Assembly (NCBI GenBank): GCA_905236715.1
Contig: CAJOMQ010000001.1
Span: 110,015 to 174,014 of the forward strand
Direction: 5' to 3'
DNA from: an uncultured Bacilli bacterium
Lineage (GTDB): Bacteria > Bacillota_I > Bacilli_A > RFN20 > CAG-826
Length of the DNA: 64,000 bases
The notes beneath the pieces are model-generated. The model made no database searches and was not told the origin of the DNA. It saw only the letters and a program-made list of their open reading frames with translations. Each line of letters opens with the position of its first letter. The first letter of the stretch is position 1. The translations under genes were made by a program, and so were the position numbers. Shown one piece after another: positions 19,777 through 29,385 of the stretch.

Positions 19777-22368
19777 TTATGATAATTGCTCTTTTTTAGC
19801 CAAGAGGGATTTGAGATTTTCTTGATGTTTTGCTAATTTTTCTTTTTCTAATTCCACTTTGGCTTCGGGAGCTTTATTGACGAAATTGGGGTTATTGAGC
19901 ATATTTTCGCAACGGGCAATTTCGTTTTTCGTTTCGGCAATTTCTTTATCGATTTTTTCTAACATTGAGGCTTTACCAGCGTCATTCACAATCAATAAAT
20001 CAGCATCTTGATAAATTCTTAATTCCCCTTTTTGATTGATGATGCCACTATCGGTGATCTTGATATCACTAAAAGTGAATCTTTGTAACATGTTAATAAA
20101 GCCAGGGAAAGGCGTGATACGTAAATTCAAAGATAAATCTAATTTCGCATTAGGTGCTAAATGGTTTTCAATTTTGTAATTACGTACATCTTTAATCATC
20201 ATGAATAACAAATTCGTTGGGCGATAAGCCGCTTTACGGATGAGTTTATATTCATAGACTGGATAAGTCTCTAACATGATAGATTCTTTATGTTCTGGTA
20301 AAGAAAGATAAAGTTCTTCCGCGATAAATGGTGTATAAGGATAAATGAGGAGAATAATGTTTTTTAAACATTTGAATAAGACTTGTTGGGTGATATGACG
20401 AGCTTTTTCATCTTCCCCATTTAAAATGACTTTGCTCATCTCTAAATATTGCGAGCAGAAATCGTCATAGACAAAATTATATAAATGGTTAGAAGCGGCG
20501 TTAAAGTCATATTTATCCATATTGATGGTTACCGCTTTAATGGTTAATTCTAAGCGATTGATAATCCATTGATCCAAAGTGGAAAAATCTCTAGCCGTTA
20601 CTTTTTCTTCGCGGAAATCTTCTGGTAAAACACTTAAAACATAGCGAGCGGAATTCCATATCTTATTTAAATAATTCGCGCTGGCTTGCACTTTTTCATC
20701 GATATAACGCATATCTTGGCCCGGTGTACTATTCGTGGTCAAAAAATATCGCAAGGCATCCGCGCCATATTTATCAATCACGGCGATGGGGTCAACACCA
20801 TTACCGAGTGATTTTGACATCTTACGGCCTAATTCATCACGGACAAGTCCGTGAATGACCACTTGTTTAAAGGGGCGTTTGTGGGTCATTTCTAAAGATT
20901 GGAAAATCATTCTTGAGACCCAGAAGAAGATAATGTCATAGCCTGTCACTAAGACATCCGTGGGGAAATATCTTTCTAAATCCGCGGTTTTATTCGGCCA
21001 TCCCCAAGTGGAGAAAGGCCATAAGGCACTAGAAAACCAAGTATCTAAGACATCGCTTTCTTGTTCCCAATTTTCCATATCTTTGGGTGGATCCATCAAA
21101 ACTTTGACTTCGCCATTCTTATTGTAATAAGCGGGAATACGATGACCCCACCACAATTGACGGGAAATGCACCAATCATCGACTTTTTCCATCCACTGGG
21201 TGAAGACTTTTTCAAAGCGGGTGGGGACAAAATTAACTTTTTCTAAACGTCTTTGTTGGGCTAAAGCTTGTTCCGCAAGAGGTCTCATACGCACAAACCA
21301 TTGTTTAGATAACATTGGCTCCACAACAGCGTTAGTTCTTTCACTATGACCGACGGGGTGCACAATTTCTTCAATTTTAACAAAATTGCCATCTTCTTTA
21401 ATTTGTTCCACAAGGGCTTTACGACACGCAAAACGATCCATGCCTTCGTATTTGCCACATAAGTTGTTCATCGTAGCGTCTTTATTAAAGATAATAGGTT
21501 TCGGAAGATGATATTTTTCACCGATTAGAAAATCGTTAGGGTCATGAGCGGGTGTACATTTCATCGCACCGGTGCCAAAATGTAAATCAACATATTCATC
21601 AGCGATGACAGGAAGCTCGTCACCATTAGCGGGATTAATAACCTTCTTTCCCACATATTTTTTATATCTTTTATCACGGGGATTCACCACGACACAGACA
21701 TCACCAAACATCGTCTCTGGACGTGTGGTGGCGACGATTAAAGCCTCATCGGAATCAACGACAGGATAACGGAAATAAAACATCTGTCCGGGGTCATCTT
21801 GGTGAATGACTTCGATATTACTTAACGCTGTCATTTGCACGGGATCCCAGTTAATGATTCTTTCCCCTTGATAAATCAATCCTTTGTTATATAAATCAAC
21901 GAAAACGGTGCGGACCGCGTAATTTAATCCATCATCAAGAGTAAATCTTTCTCTACTATAATCGAGCATTAAACCCATTTTCGCCCATTGGGAATGGATA
22001 TTTTGGGCATATTCATCTTTCCATTGCCAAGCATATTTGAGGAATTCTTCACGGGTTAACTTTGTTACATCAAGACCCGATTTACTTAATTTCTCCATGA
22101 CTTTGGCTTGGGTCGCAATGCCAGCGTGATCCATACCAGGAAGCCAGCACACATCAAAACCTTGCATCTTTTTATAACGGGCGATGATGTCTTGAATGGT
22201 GGTATCCCAAGCATGACCTAAATGCAATTTACCAGTGACATTTGGCGGTGGGATAACAATGGAAAATGGGGTTTTGGATTTATCACCAGCGGTAAAATAG
22301 CCTTGGCTTTTCCAATTCTCATATTTTCCTTCTTCCACTTTGTGGGGATCATAACGTTTTTCAAGCAT
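19777..22368 (-). CDS. valS: Valyl-tRNA synthetase
   Basis: PPPNVTGKLHLGHA, DWCISRQLWWGH, KMSKS, C-terminal coiled-coil arm. Confidence 0.99.
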   Translation of the reverse strand: MLEKRYDPHKVEEGKYENWKSQGYFTAGDKSKTPFSIVIPPPNVTGKLHLGHAWDTTIQDIIARYKKMQGFDVCWLPGMDHAGIATQAKVMEKLSKSGLDVTKLTREEFLKYAWQWKDEYAQNIHSQWAKMGLMLDYSRERFTLDDGLNYAVRTVFVDLYNKGLIYQGERIINWDPVQMTALSNIEVIHQDDPGQMFYFRYPVVDSDEALIVATTRPETMFGDVCVVVNPRDKRYKKYVGKKVINPANGDELPVIADEYVDLHFGTGAMKCTPAHDPNDFLIGEKYHLPKPIIFNKDATMNNLCGKYEGMDRFACRKALVEQIKEDGNFVKIEEIVHPVGHSERTNAVVEPMLSKQWFVRMRPLAEQALAQQRRLEKVNFVPTRFEKVFTQWMEKVDDWCISRQLWWGHRIPAYYNKNGEVKVLMDPPKDMENWEQESDVLDTWFSSALWPFSTWGWPNKTADLERYFPTDVLVTGYDIIFFWVSRMIFQSLEMTHKRPFKQVVIHGLVRDELGRKMSKSLGNGVDPIAVIDKYGADALRYFLTTNSTPGQDMRYIDEKVQASANYLNKIWNSARYVLSVLPEDFREEKVTARDFSTLDQWIINRLELTIKAVTINMDKYDFNAASNHLYNFVYDDFCSQYLEMSKVILNGEDEKARHITQQVLFKCLKNIILLIYPYTPFIAEELYLSLPEHKESIMLETYPVYEYKLIRKAAYRPTNLLFMMIKDVRNYKIENHLAPNAKLDLSLNLRITPFPGFINMLQRFTFSDIKITDSGIINQKGELRIYQDADLLIVNDAGKASMLEKIDKEIAETKNEIARCENMLNNPNFVNKAPEAKVELEKEKLAKHQENLKSLLAKKEQLS

Positions 22369-22387
22369 GTTGCTTACCTCCTAGGGC

Positions 22388-22578
22388 AAAATAAAACGCC
22401 CTCTCTAAGGACGCGTTTGCGTGGTACCACCTTAGTTCGTATTTCTACGCACTTCATTAACCTATTTTTGCTAGGCAGCTAGTTCTCCTTAGCGACCTTC
22501 ACCCGCCACTTGTATCGAGCTTCCACCATCCTCGACTCTCTATGATAGTTAGAGGGTTACTCTTCTAATTCATCGAAC
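22388..22578 (-). promoter_or_regulatory. T-box riboswitch (Val)
   Basis: AGUA and AGAGA..GGUGGAA stem I motifs; candidate specifier GUC (22496-22494); T-box AAGGUGGUACCACG (22435-22420); terminator CGUCCU/AGGGCG + U-tract; TATAAT at 22599-22594. Confidence 0.92.
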
Positions 22579-22604
22579 TATTCAATTGACTTAATTATAC
22601 CTAA

Positions 22605-23183
22605 TTACAGAGCTTTTTCAATTGCCCTTTTGAGATTATCTAAACTTCTTTTTTCTAAAATAGAAGTATAGAAGATAATGTTTTCCGGTATTTCACTTTC
22701 TTTTAAATGTTTATTTAATTGGCTTTTTTCTTTTTGATTGACCTTATCTAATTTGGTAATAACCAAATAATAAGGAATATTTTCTTGTTGGACATAAGAG
22801 AGTATCTCTTTATCGTTTTCATTTAATTCACGACGGCTATCGAGGAGTAAAAGCACTAATTTTAATTCTTTATTATCCACGAAATAATTTTCCATCATTT
22901 CGCCGAATAAACGGTCTAAATCCACTCCCCCTTTGGCATAGCCATACCCAGGAGCATCCACCAAATAAAAAGCATTATCGATGTTGTAATAATTTAATAA
23001 TTTGGTGTGTCCAGGTTTTGAAGAAGTAAAAGCGAGACGATTTCTTTCACATAAAGCGTTAATTAGTGAAGATTTACCAACATTAGATTTGCCCACTATC
23101 AAAACCTCCGGGAGTTGTCCCGAAGGTTTTTCTTTAACATCAGTTAAAGATTTGATAAATGAAGCATTTTTGAAATTAATCAT
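22605..23183 (-). CDS. engB: Ribosome biogenesis GTPase YihA/YsxC
   Basis: GKSNVGKSSLIN, SSKPGHT, DAPGYGYA, TKLD. Confidence 0.95.
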   Translation of the reverse strand: MINFKNASFIKSLTDVKEKPSGQLPEVLIVGKSNVGKSSLINALCERNRLAFTSSKPGHTKLLNYYNIDNAFYLVDAPGYGYAKGGVDLDRLFGEMMENYFVDNKELKLVLLLLDSRRELNENDKEILSYVQQENIPYYLVITKLDKVNQKEKSQLNKHLKESEIPENIIFYTSILEKRSLDNLKRAIEKAL

Positions 23184-25513
23184 TATTCTTTGACAAGGGC
23201 CACTTTCACGGCGTCATCGACATTTTCCATAAAGACGATATTTAAGGATTCTTTCACTTCTTTAGGAAGTTCATCGACGTCTTTGCGGTTTTCTTTGGGA
23301 ACAATAATGGTCTTAATACCACTTCTTAAAGCCGCTAAGCTCTTTTCTCTTAAGCCACCGATCGGTAAGGCATTACCTCTTAAGGTCACTTCACCAGTCA
23401 TCGCGACATCAGGGTCAATAGGACGATGACTCAAACAAGAAATAATTGCGGTGGTAATCGCTACACCAGCGCTCGGACCATCTTTTGGCACTGCGCCTTC
23501 GGGAACGTGGATATGGATATCGTTATCTAAGAAGATATCGGGATCGATTTGAAAATGTTCCGCTTTGCTTTTGACATAATCTAAAGCAATACTCGCGCTT
23601 TCTTTCATGACGTTACCTAAATTACCGGTGAGAACGAGGCCACCTTTACCTTTGAAGTAGTTTACTTCAATCGGTAAGATATCACCACCATATTCGGTAT
23701 AAGCTAAGCCAGTTACCACACCGATTTGTTTATTCTTTTCTTTCTTACTATCTTCAAAAATGGGTACGCCGAGATATTCGCGTACTTTTTCTTCGTTGAT
23801 GGTAATCTTTTTAATTGATGGGTCTTTGACAATAGCGACGGCAACTTTTCTTAAGCAAGAAGCAATCTTTCTTTCGAGTTCACGAACGCCAGATTCTCTG
23901 GTATAAGAACGGATAATGAATTTAATAGCACCTTCGGTGAAGGATGCTTGTCCTTTTTTCAAACCATTGATTTCCATTTGTTTGTGGACTAAATGGTTTT
24001 TGGCGATTTGCACTTTTTCTAATTCGGTATAACTAGATAATTCAATGAGTTCTAATCTATCTCTTAAAGGACCAGGAATATTTTCCAAATAGTTTGCCGT
24101 GCAGATAAATAAGACATCGCTTAAATCATATGGTTCTTCCAAATAATTGTCGTTAAACGCGGTATTTTGTTCGGGGTCTAAGACTTCTAATAAAGCACTC
24201 GCGGGGTCTCCTTTATAGGAAGAAGCCACTTTATCGACTTCGTCGAGTAAGAAGACTGGGTTAGTGACACCCGCTTTACGCATACCTTGGATAATGCGGC
24301 CAGGCATCGAACCAACATAGGTACGACGATGGCCACGGATTTCCGCTTCATCAGAAATACCACCTAAAGAGGCTTTGAAGAATTTTCTTCCTAAAGCTCT
24401 AGCGATGGATTTACCTAAACTGGTTTTACCAGTTCCCGGAGGACCATAGAAACAGAGAATGGGGCTTTTGAGATTACCAGTTAATTTCTTAACCGCTAAA
24501 TATTCGATGATTCTCTTTTTGGGATTTTCTAATCCATAATGATCTTCATCAAGAATCTTTTCGACATTACGTAAATCATCATTGTCTTCGGTTTTTTGAT
24601 ACCATGGGACATTCATGATGACATCAATATAAGATTGGATTAATGCCCCCTCTAAAGAGCCACTGGGCATCATATCGAATTTATTGAGTTCCGATTTGAC
24701 TTTCTTTTTCACATATTCGGGATAGGGATTATTTTCCAATCTTTCCAAAATGTTTTGTGGATCATTCGCGGAATCGGTTTCTTCACCTAATTCTTTTTTG
24801 ATGGCTTTTAATTTTTCCCTTAGGAAATATTCTCTTTGACTCTTTTCCGTTGATTCTCTAACGGTTTCCGAAATATCGTGTTCAATTTGATTCTTTTGGT
24901 TTTCCCCTTCGATTAAACCGAGCACTTTTTGCACTAATTCGTCAACGCGTGTGCATTCCAAAAGCGATTGTTTGACTTCTACGGGTGCGGAAATAAAGCC
25001 CGCTAAAGCGTAGCAAATAACCGCGGCATCTTCGCTTTTTGCGACGGTATTAGAGACGTTTTTAGGCATCCCCGATAACAATGAGGGGGCTGACTCTAAA
25101 GCGCGGGAGAGGCTTTTAATATAGCCTTGCATCTCCACTTGGGAGACAGGATTCATATCAAAGATAGTGCCATCAGCGACATATGTTTGTTCATTAGCGT
25201 CAAGAGCGATATTAGCTAATGAGACTTTTTCTAAAACTTCTACACGCACTCTTAAACGATTCTCTTTTTCACTACAAGAGATAATATGGCACAAAGTGCC
25301 AATGTGATAGATATCGTTTTCGGTGGGATTTTCATTTTCCGCTTTGATTTGCGAAGAGATGAAAATCAATGAATCCGTTTTATTGCGCGATAAATTAATC
25401 GCATTAATAGAAAATTCACGACCCGCTTCAATCAATTGTTGATTGCCAGGAAAGATAACCAAGGAACGGGTAATGAGTAGAGGGAGACTTAAAACTTTTG
25501 GTTTATCAGCCAT
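23183..25513 (-). CDS. lon: ATP-dependent protease La
   Basis: GPPGTGKTS, GHRRTYVG, PKDGPSAG catalytic Ser, IGGLREK. Confidence 0.98.
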   Translation of the reverse strand: MADKPKVLSLPLLITRSLVIFPGNQQLIEAGREFSINAINLSRNKTDSLIFISSQIKAENENPTENDIYHIGTLCHIISCSEKENRLRVRVEVLEKVSLANIALDANEQTYVADGTIFDMNPVSQVEMQGYIKSLSRALESAPSLLSGMPKNVSNTVAKSEDAAVICYALAGFISAPVEVKQSLLECTRVDELVQKVLGLIEGENQKNQIEHDISETVRESTEKSQREYFLREKLKAIKKELGEETDSANDPQNILERLENNPYPEYVKKKVKSELNKFDMMPSGSLEGALIQSYIDVIMNVPWYQKTEDNDDLRNVEKILDEDHYGLENPKKRIIEYLAVKKLTGNLKSPILCFYGPPGTGKTSLGKSIARALGRKFFKASLGGISDEAEIRGHRRTYVGSMPGRIIQGMRKAGVTNPVFLLDEVDKVASSYKGDPASALLEVLDPEQNTAFNDNYLEEPYDLSDVLFICTANYLENIPGPLRDRLELIELSSYTELEKVQIAKNHLVHKQMEINGLKKGQASFTEGAIKFIIRSYTRESGVRELERKIASCLRKVAVAIVKDPSIKKITINEEKVREYLGVPIFEDSKKEKNKQIGVVTGLAYTEYGGDILPIEVNYFKGKGGLVLTGNLGNVMKESASIALDYVKSKAEHFQIDPDIFLDNDIHIHVPEGAVPKDGPSAGVAITTAIISCLSHRPIDPDVAMTGEVTLRGNALPIGGLREKSLAALRSGIKTIIVPKENRKDVDELPKEVKESLNIVFMENVDDAVKVALVKE

Positions 25514-25532
25514 AAATGAATCCTCCTTTTAA

Positions 25533-26807
25533 TTATTGATTGTTTTCAAATAAGAAATCTTCGATTCTTTGCATGAGAAGATTGTGACGGAATTCCGCTT
25601 CTTGTTGAGCAAGGGCTTTTTTCACATCTTCCACTTTCATATTGTATTGATCAGCGATTTTGGAATATTCAAATTCGACATCTTCATCACTGACAGAGAG
25701 TTTTTCGGCTTTGCCGACTTCTTCGCTGATGAAATAATGAGTGATATCTTTACGGGAATCCTTACGAAGTTGTTCTAAGAATTGTTCTTCGCTTTGGCCA
25801 ACGATTTGTAAATAACTTTCTAAGTTAAGACCAGATTGAGCCATTCTATTTTCGAAATCTTGTTTACGAGATTCGACTTGTGATTCCACCATTTCATCAG
25901 GTAAATCGATATGGGAACCTTCGGCGATTTTATCAAACAATTTGCTGATATATTCGCGACGAGCGTTCGCTTCTTTTTGTTTTTGTAATTCTTCTTTTTT
26001 CGCCACTTTGAGTTGGTCTAAATTTTCCACGCCTGGCATACCTAATTCTTTGATGAATTCTTCATCTAAAGCGGGTAATTGTTTGGATTTCACTTCGTGA
26101 ATATCGCAAGCAAACATCGCTTCTTTACCTTTTAATTCAGGGACATAATTTTCGGGGAATGTCACTTTGACATCGACATGTTCACCAGCCTTATGACCGA
26201 TGAGTTGTTCTTCAAAGCCAGGAATGAATTGGTGAGAACCTAATTCTAATTCATGATTTTGGGCTGAACCACCATCGAATTTTTCTCCATTAATGGTGCC
26301 GACGAAATCCATCACCACGGTATCACCTTCCACAGCGGCATCTTCTTTAGTAACTAAAGAGGCACTGCTAGATAATAAGTCATTGATGGATTTTTCCACT
26401 TCTTCTTCACTGACAGAAACTTCGGATTTACCAATTTTTAATTCTTTGTATTGGCCTAATTTCACTTCGGGAGCGGTCACGATCACGAATTTGATTTCTA
26501 ATTCTTTATCGCTGAGTTTGGTGACATCAACTTGTGGTCTCGCCATTGGCTCTAATTTTTCTTCTCTTAAAATGTCACTATACATAGTGGGTAATAAACC
26601 GTTGATCGCATCATCCATGACTTTCATGCCATCAACATGTTTTCTTAAAATATTTTCTGGTGCTTTACCAGGACGGAAGCCGTCGACTTTTACTTTCGCG
26701 GCTAATTTTTTAAATGCTTTGTCTTGCGCTGCTTTCCAAGTAGCTTCGTCGACTGTCACGATGACTTCGACGTGAGAATGTTCTAATTTTGTTAATTTTC
26801 TTTCCAT
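25533..26807 (-). CDS. tig: Trigger factor
   Basis: GFRPGKAP signature; FKBP domain FIPGFEEQL; GGAGG before ATG 26807. Confidence 0.96.
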   Translation of the reverse strand: MERKLTKLEHSHVEVIVTVDEATWKAAQDKAFKKLAAKVKVDGFRPGKAPENILRKHVDGMKVMDDAINGLLPTMYSDILREEKLEPMARPQVDVTKLSDKELEIKFVIVTAPEVKLGQYKELKIGKSEVSVSEEEVEKSINDLLSSSASLVTKEDAAVEGDTVVMDFVGTINGEKFDGGSAQNHELELGSHQFIPGFEEQLIGHKAGEHVDVKVTFPENYVPELKGKEAMFACDIHEVKSKQLPALDEEFIKELGMPGVENLDQLKVAKKEELQKQKEANARREYISKLFDKIAEGSHIDLPDEMVESQVESRKQDFENRMAQSGLNLESYLQIVGQSEEQFLEQLRKDSRKDITHYFISEEVGKAEKLSVSDEDVEFEYSKIADQYNMKVEDVKKALAQQEAEFRHNLLMQRIEDFLFENNQ

Positions 26808-26909
26808 AGGTGCCTCCAAAATACGTGCAATGTGTATTTTATATTAATTCACTCGCGTGAAGCAAGAAAAAAGCACTTAAAGTGCATTTCTCTTTGTTAG
26901 ATGTCACAT

Positions 26910-27818
26910 TTAGAAGTTATCCATGGCCTTTTCAATTTGGCCAATTAATTGTTCTAATTGGTCTTTATCAAGACCTTTTTTTAAACAAATTTCATCGATA
27001 TCTGGCGCTTTTTTGCTCTGCAAATATTGGTGAGAAATATATTCAAGCGCGGCAAGTAATAATTCCTTATCAGCGGGCAGCACATCTGGATAAATATAAA
27101 TGATGTAGCTCGAAAGAATTTGAATCGCGGTCTCACTTAAGGAAGGATCTTTTAATTGGGATGAGATTTCTCTCACGAAATCATTGAATTCTTCACCCAC
27201 GAATGGAGGGGTCAATTGACTGGGGTTAACATTTATAATGTTTCCCATGTGGTTAAAGCGCAAAATATGATTGGTTTGTTTTTGCACTAATAATAAAAGG
27301 GCAAAGGAGCGGATTGATTGTTTGGGGAATTCCATCATCACTTTTTCTAAAGATGATAAATAGGGATTGATATCACGATTCCTAATGGAATCAATTGCCA
27401 TTAAAACATCGCTTTGGTCTTCACTTTTGAGTTTCTTTATGAGTTCGTCTTCATCAAGATTAACAAAGGAATATTTTTTCTTTTCTTCCGCACGAATATA
27501 GTTTGGTAACTCTTTTAAGAGTTCTTCTACTTGTTGGGATTCATACGGGAGGTTTTTGTAATATTCTAGTTCACTAAACGCTTCATCAAAACGACCTAAG
27601 ATACATAATATTTCGATATGAACATGCATCAACATGAGCAAATCTTTTTGTAAAATGGGACGATTTTCTTTTATACAATCAAGGGCTTCTTGATATTTAC
27701 CAGATCCAAGAAAAGCGCTGATACGATAAAAGAGGTCATTGGGGTTGTCAGCATTCTTTGTCAGACGCAAAACAAGGTCATATTCTTTGCGGTCCATCAA
27801 TGATTTTAAAGAATCCAT
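26910..27818 (-). CDS. Conserved hypothetical protein, TPR-like/DUF3196-like
   Basis: 302-aa helical protein with a ..ELEYYKNLPYESQQVEE.. motif recalling DUF3196; located upstream of tig. Confidence 0.55.
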   Translation of the reverse strand: MDSLKSLMDRKEYDLVLRLTKNADNPNDLFYRISAFLGSGKYQEALDCIKENRPILQKDLLMLMHVHIEILCILGRFDEAFSELEYYKNLPYESQQVEELLKELPNYIRAEEKKKYSFVNLDEDELIKKLKSEDQSDVLMAIDSIRNRDINPYLSSLEKVMMEFPKQSIRSFALLLLVQKQTNHILRFNHMGNIINVNPSQLTPPFVGEEFNDFVREISSQLKDPSLSETAIQILSSYIIYIYPDVLPADKELLLAALEYISHQYLQSKKAPDIDEICLKKGLDKDQLEQLIGQIEKAMDNF

Positions 27819-27886
27819 ATCGCTTTTCTCCTAGTAGTTTATTAGTAGTTTTTTAGTTTTTATTAACTTTGTTAAGATTGTGTAGG

Positions 27887-28480
27887 TTAACGTTTTAGTA
27901 CTTCGTTAATTTCCTCAATACTAATCGGGCCTGGTCGCACTATTTTTATTTCTTCACCAGTGAGGTCAATTATCGTTGAAGGCTTATCCAAATTAGCTTC
28001 TCCTTCGATGATAAAATCCACTTCATCGCCAAATATTTTCTTCGTTTCTCCACTATTTAAAGCGGGATTTTCTCCGCTTCTATTAGCAGAAGGCACTAAG
28101 ATGGGTTTATCTAAGGCGTTTAGCAAAGCTAATCCAATTTCGTTAGAGGGGATTCTAATACCGATAATTCCACTATTATGGGTGACCCAAGTTGGCACGC
28201 TATCTTTCGCGGGTAGTAAAATCGTTAATGGACCCGGCATAAAAGAAGCCATAATCTTTTGGGTTCGCTCGTCAACATAGGCGTATTTTTCAATCTCTTT
28301 AAGAGATTTAACCATCATTGTGTAAGGTTTATCTTCTGGTCTTCTTTTTATATTGTTGAGTTTTAAATAAGCATCATAATCATCATAATATACCGCTAAA
28401 CCCATGACTGTTTCCGTAGGAAAAGCAATCACACCATGATTATCTAATACTTCTTTAGCGCGTTCTAATTCCCTTTTCAT
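27887..28480 (-). CDS. tsaC: L-threonylcarbamoyladenylate synthase (Sua5/YrdC)
   Basis: AFPTETV.GL, K.RP.DKP, PGPLT, GIRIP, PSANRSG, STIIDL. Confidence 0.94.
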   Translation of the reverse strand: MKRELERAKEVLDNHGVIAFPTETVMGLAVYYDDYDAYLKLNNIKRRPEDKPYTMMVKSLKEIEKYAYVDERTQKIMASFMPGPLTILLPAKDSVPTWVTHNSGIIGIRIPSNEIGLALLNALDKPILVPSANRSGENPALNSGETKKIFGDEVDFIIEGEANLDKPSTIIDLTGEEIKIVRPGPISIEEINEVLKR

Positions 28481-28536
28481 ATGCCTTATTTTACTACAAA
28501 AATAAACCGCTTAAAATAAAAAGGCTTTGAGCCTTT

Positions 28537-29073
28537 CTATTCCTTGTTTTCTTCTTGTTTATTTTCTTCTGGTGCTACTTCTTTATTTTCTAATTTTTTA
28601 GCCGCGGCTTTTTGATCTTCTTCATCGGCTTTTTGAATATCTTCAATAAATCCAGGGATTGGTTTAAACCAGTGATAAATAGCTTCAAATGTATAGATAA
28701 TGAAGACATATAACAAAACAGCACTGACACCAAAACGATAGACATCATATTGGCTGACTTTATCAATATTGCCTATAAGGCAAATTAAATCAAAAGTTAT
28801 TAAATAGATACCAAGTGGTAATAACAAACTCTTATCTAAGATAGAAGCTTTTAATCTTCTTTTCTTGCTCACCATAATCCAAACAAAATCAATAATCAAC
28901 CATAAGCCACCGAAAAGGGTGAGCCAATTAAAAATAGTGAGAATAACTGTGTTAATTTTTAAAATAGCCAATAATTCCAATATGCCAATAACTAGAAAGG
29001 CAATAGCAATGACTAATAATTCTATTAAATAAATTAATTTCGCTTTTGTAACAGCGTCCATTTTCTTTTTCAT
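28537..29073 (-). CDS. Hypothetical 4-TM membrane protein
   Basis: Four hydrophobic segments; start reassigned to ATG 29073, 9 nt after TGcTATAAT. Confidence 0.75.
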   Translation of the reverse strand: MKKKMDAVTKAKLIYLIELLVIAIAFLVIGILELLAILKINTVILTIFNWLTLFGGLWLIIDFVWIMVSKKRRLKASILDKSLLLPLGIYLITFDLICLIGNIDKVSQYDVYRFGVSAVLLYVFIIYTFEAIYHWFKPIPGFIEDIQKADEEDQKAAAKKLENKEVAPEENKQEENKE

Positions 29074-29155
29074 ATGCCAAAGATTATAGCACATTTAGCA
29101 AAAAGAAAACGACAATCCGTATTTAAATTGCCGTATTTTGTGGTTTTTCGCCTTT

Positions 29156-29383
29156 TTAAGCGCGTTTTTCTTTGACGATGTCTTCTTCACCGATTCCTCT
29201 AATTATCGCTGGGCATTCACCGCCTATTTGAATATCGTAGATGATGTGGCCATCTTCGCTTTTTTTAATCGCGTAGATATAGCCATGTGATAATTCCCCA
29301 CGATAACGGAAACGCACGAATTGTTCTAAAGCGTATTTGTTTCCGGTGATAGGTTCGCCTTTTTTCTTTTTAAAGAAACACAT
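29156..29383 (-). CDS. Hypothetical 75-aa protein, possibly SH3-like beta barrel
   Basis: Starts 2 nt after the fprA stop; beta-strand-like pattern. Confidence 0.6.
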   Translation of the reverse strand: MCFFKKKKGEPITGNKYALEQFVRFRYRGELSHGYIYAIKKSEDGHIIYDIQIGGECPAIIRGIGEEDIVKEKRA

Positions 29384-29385
29384 GC

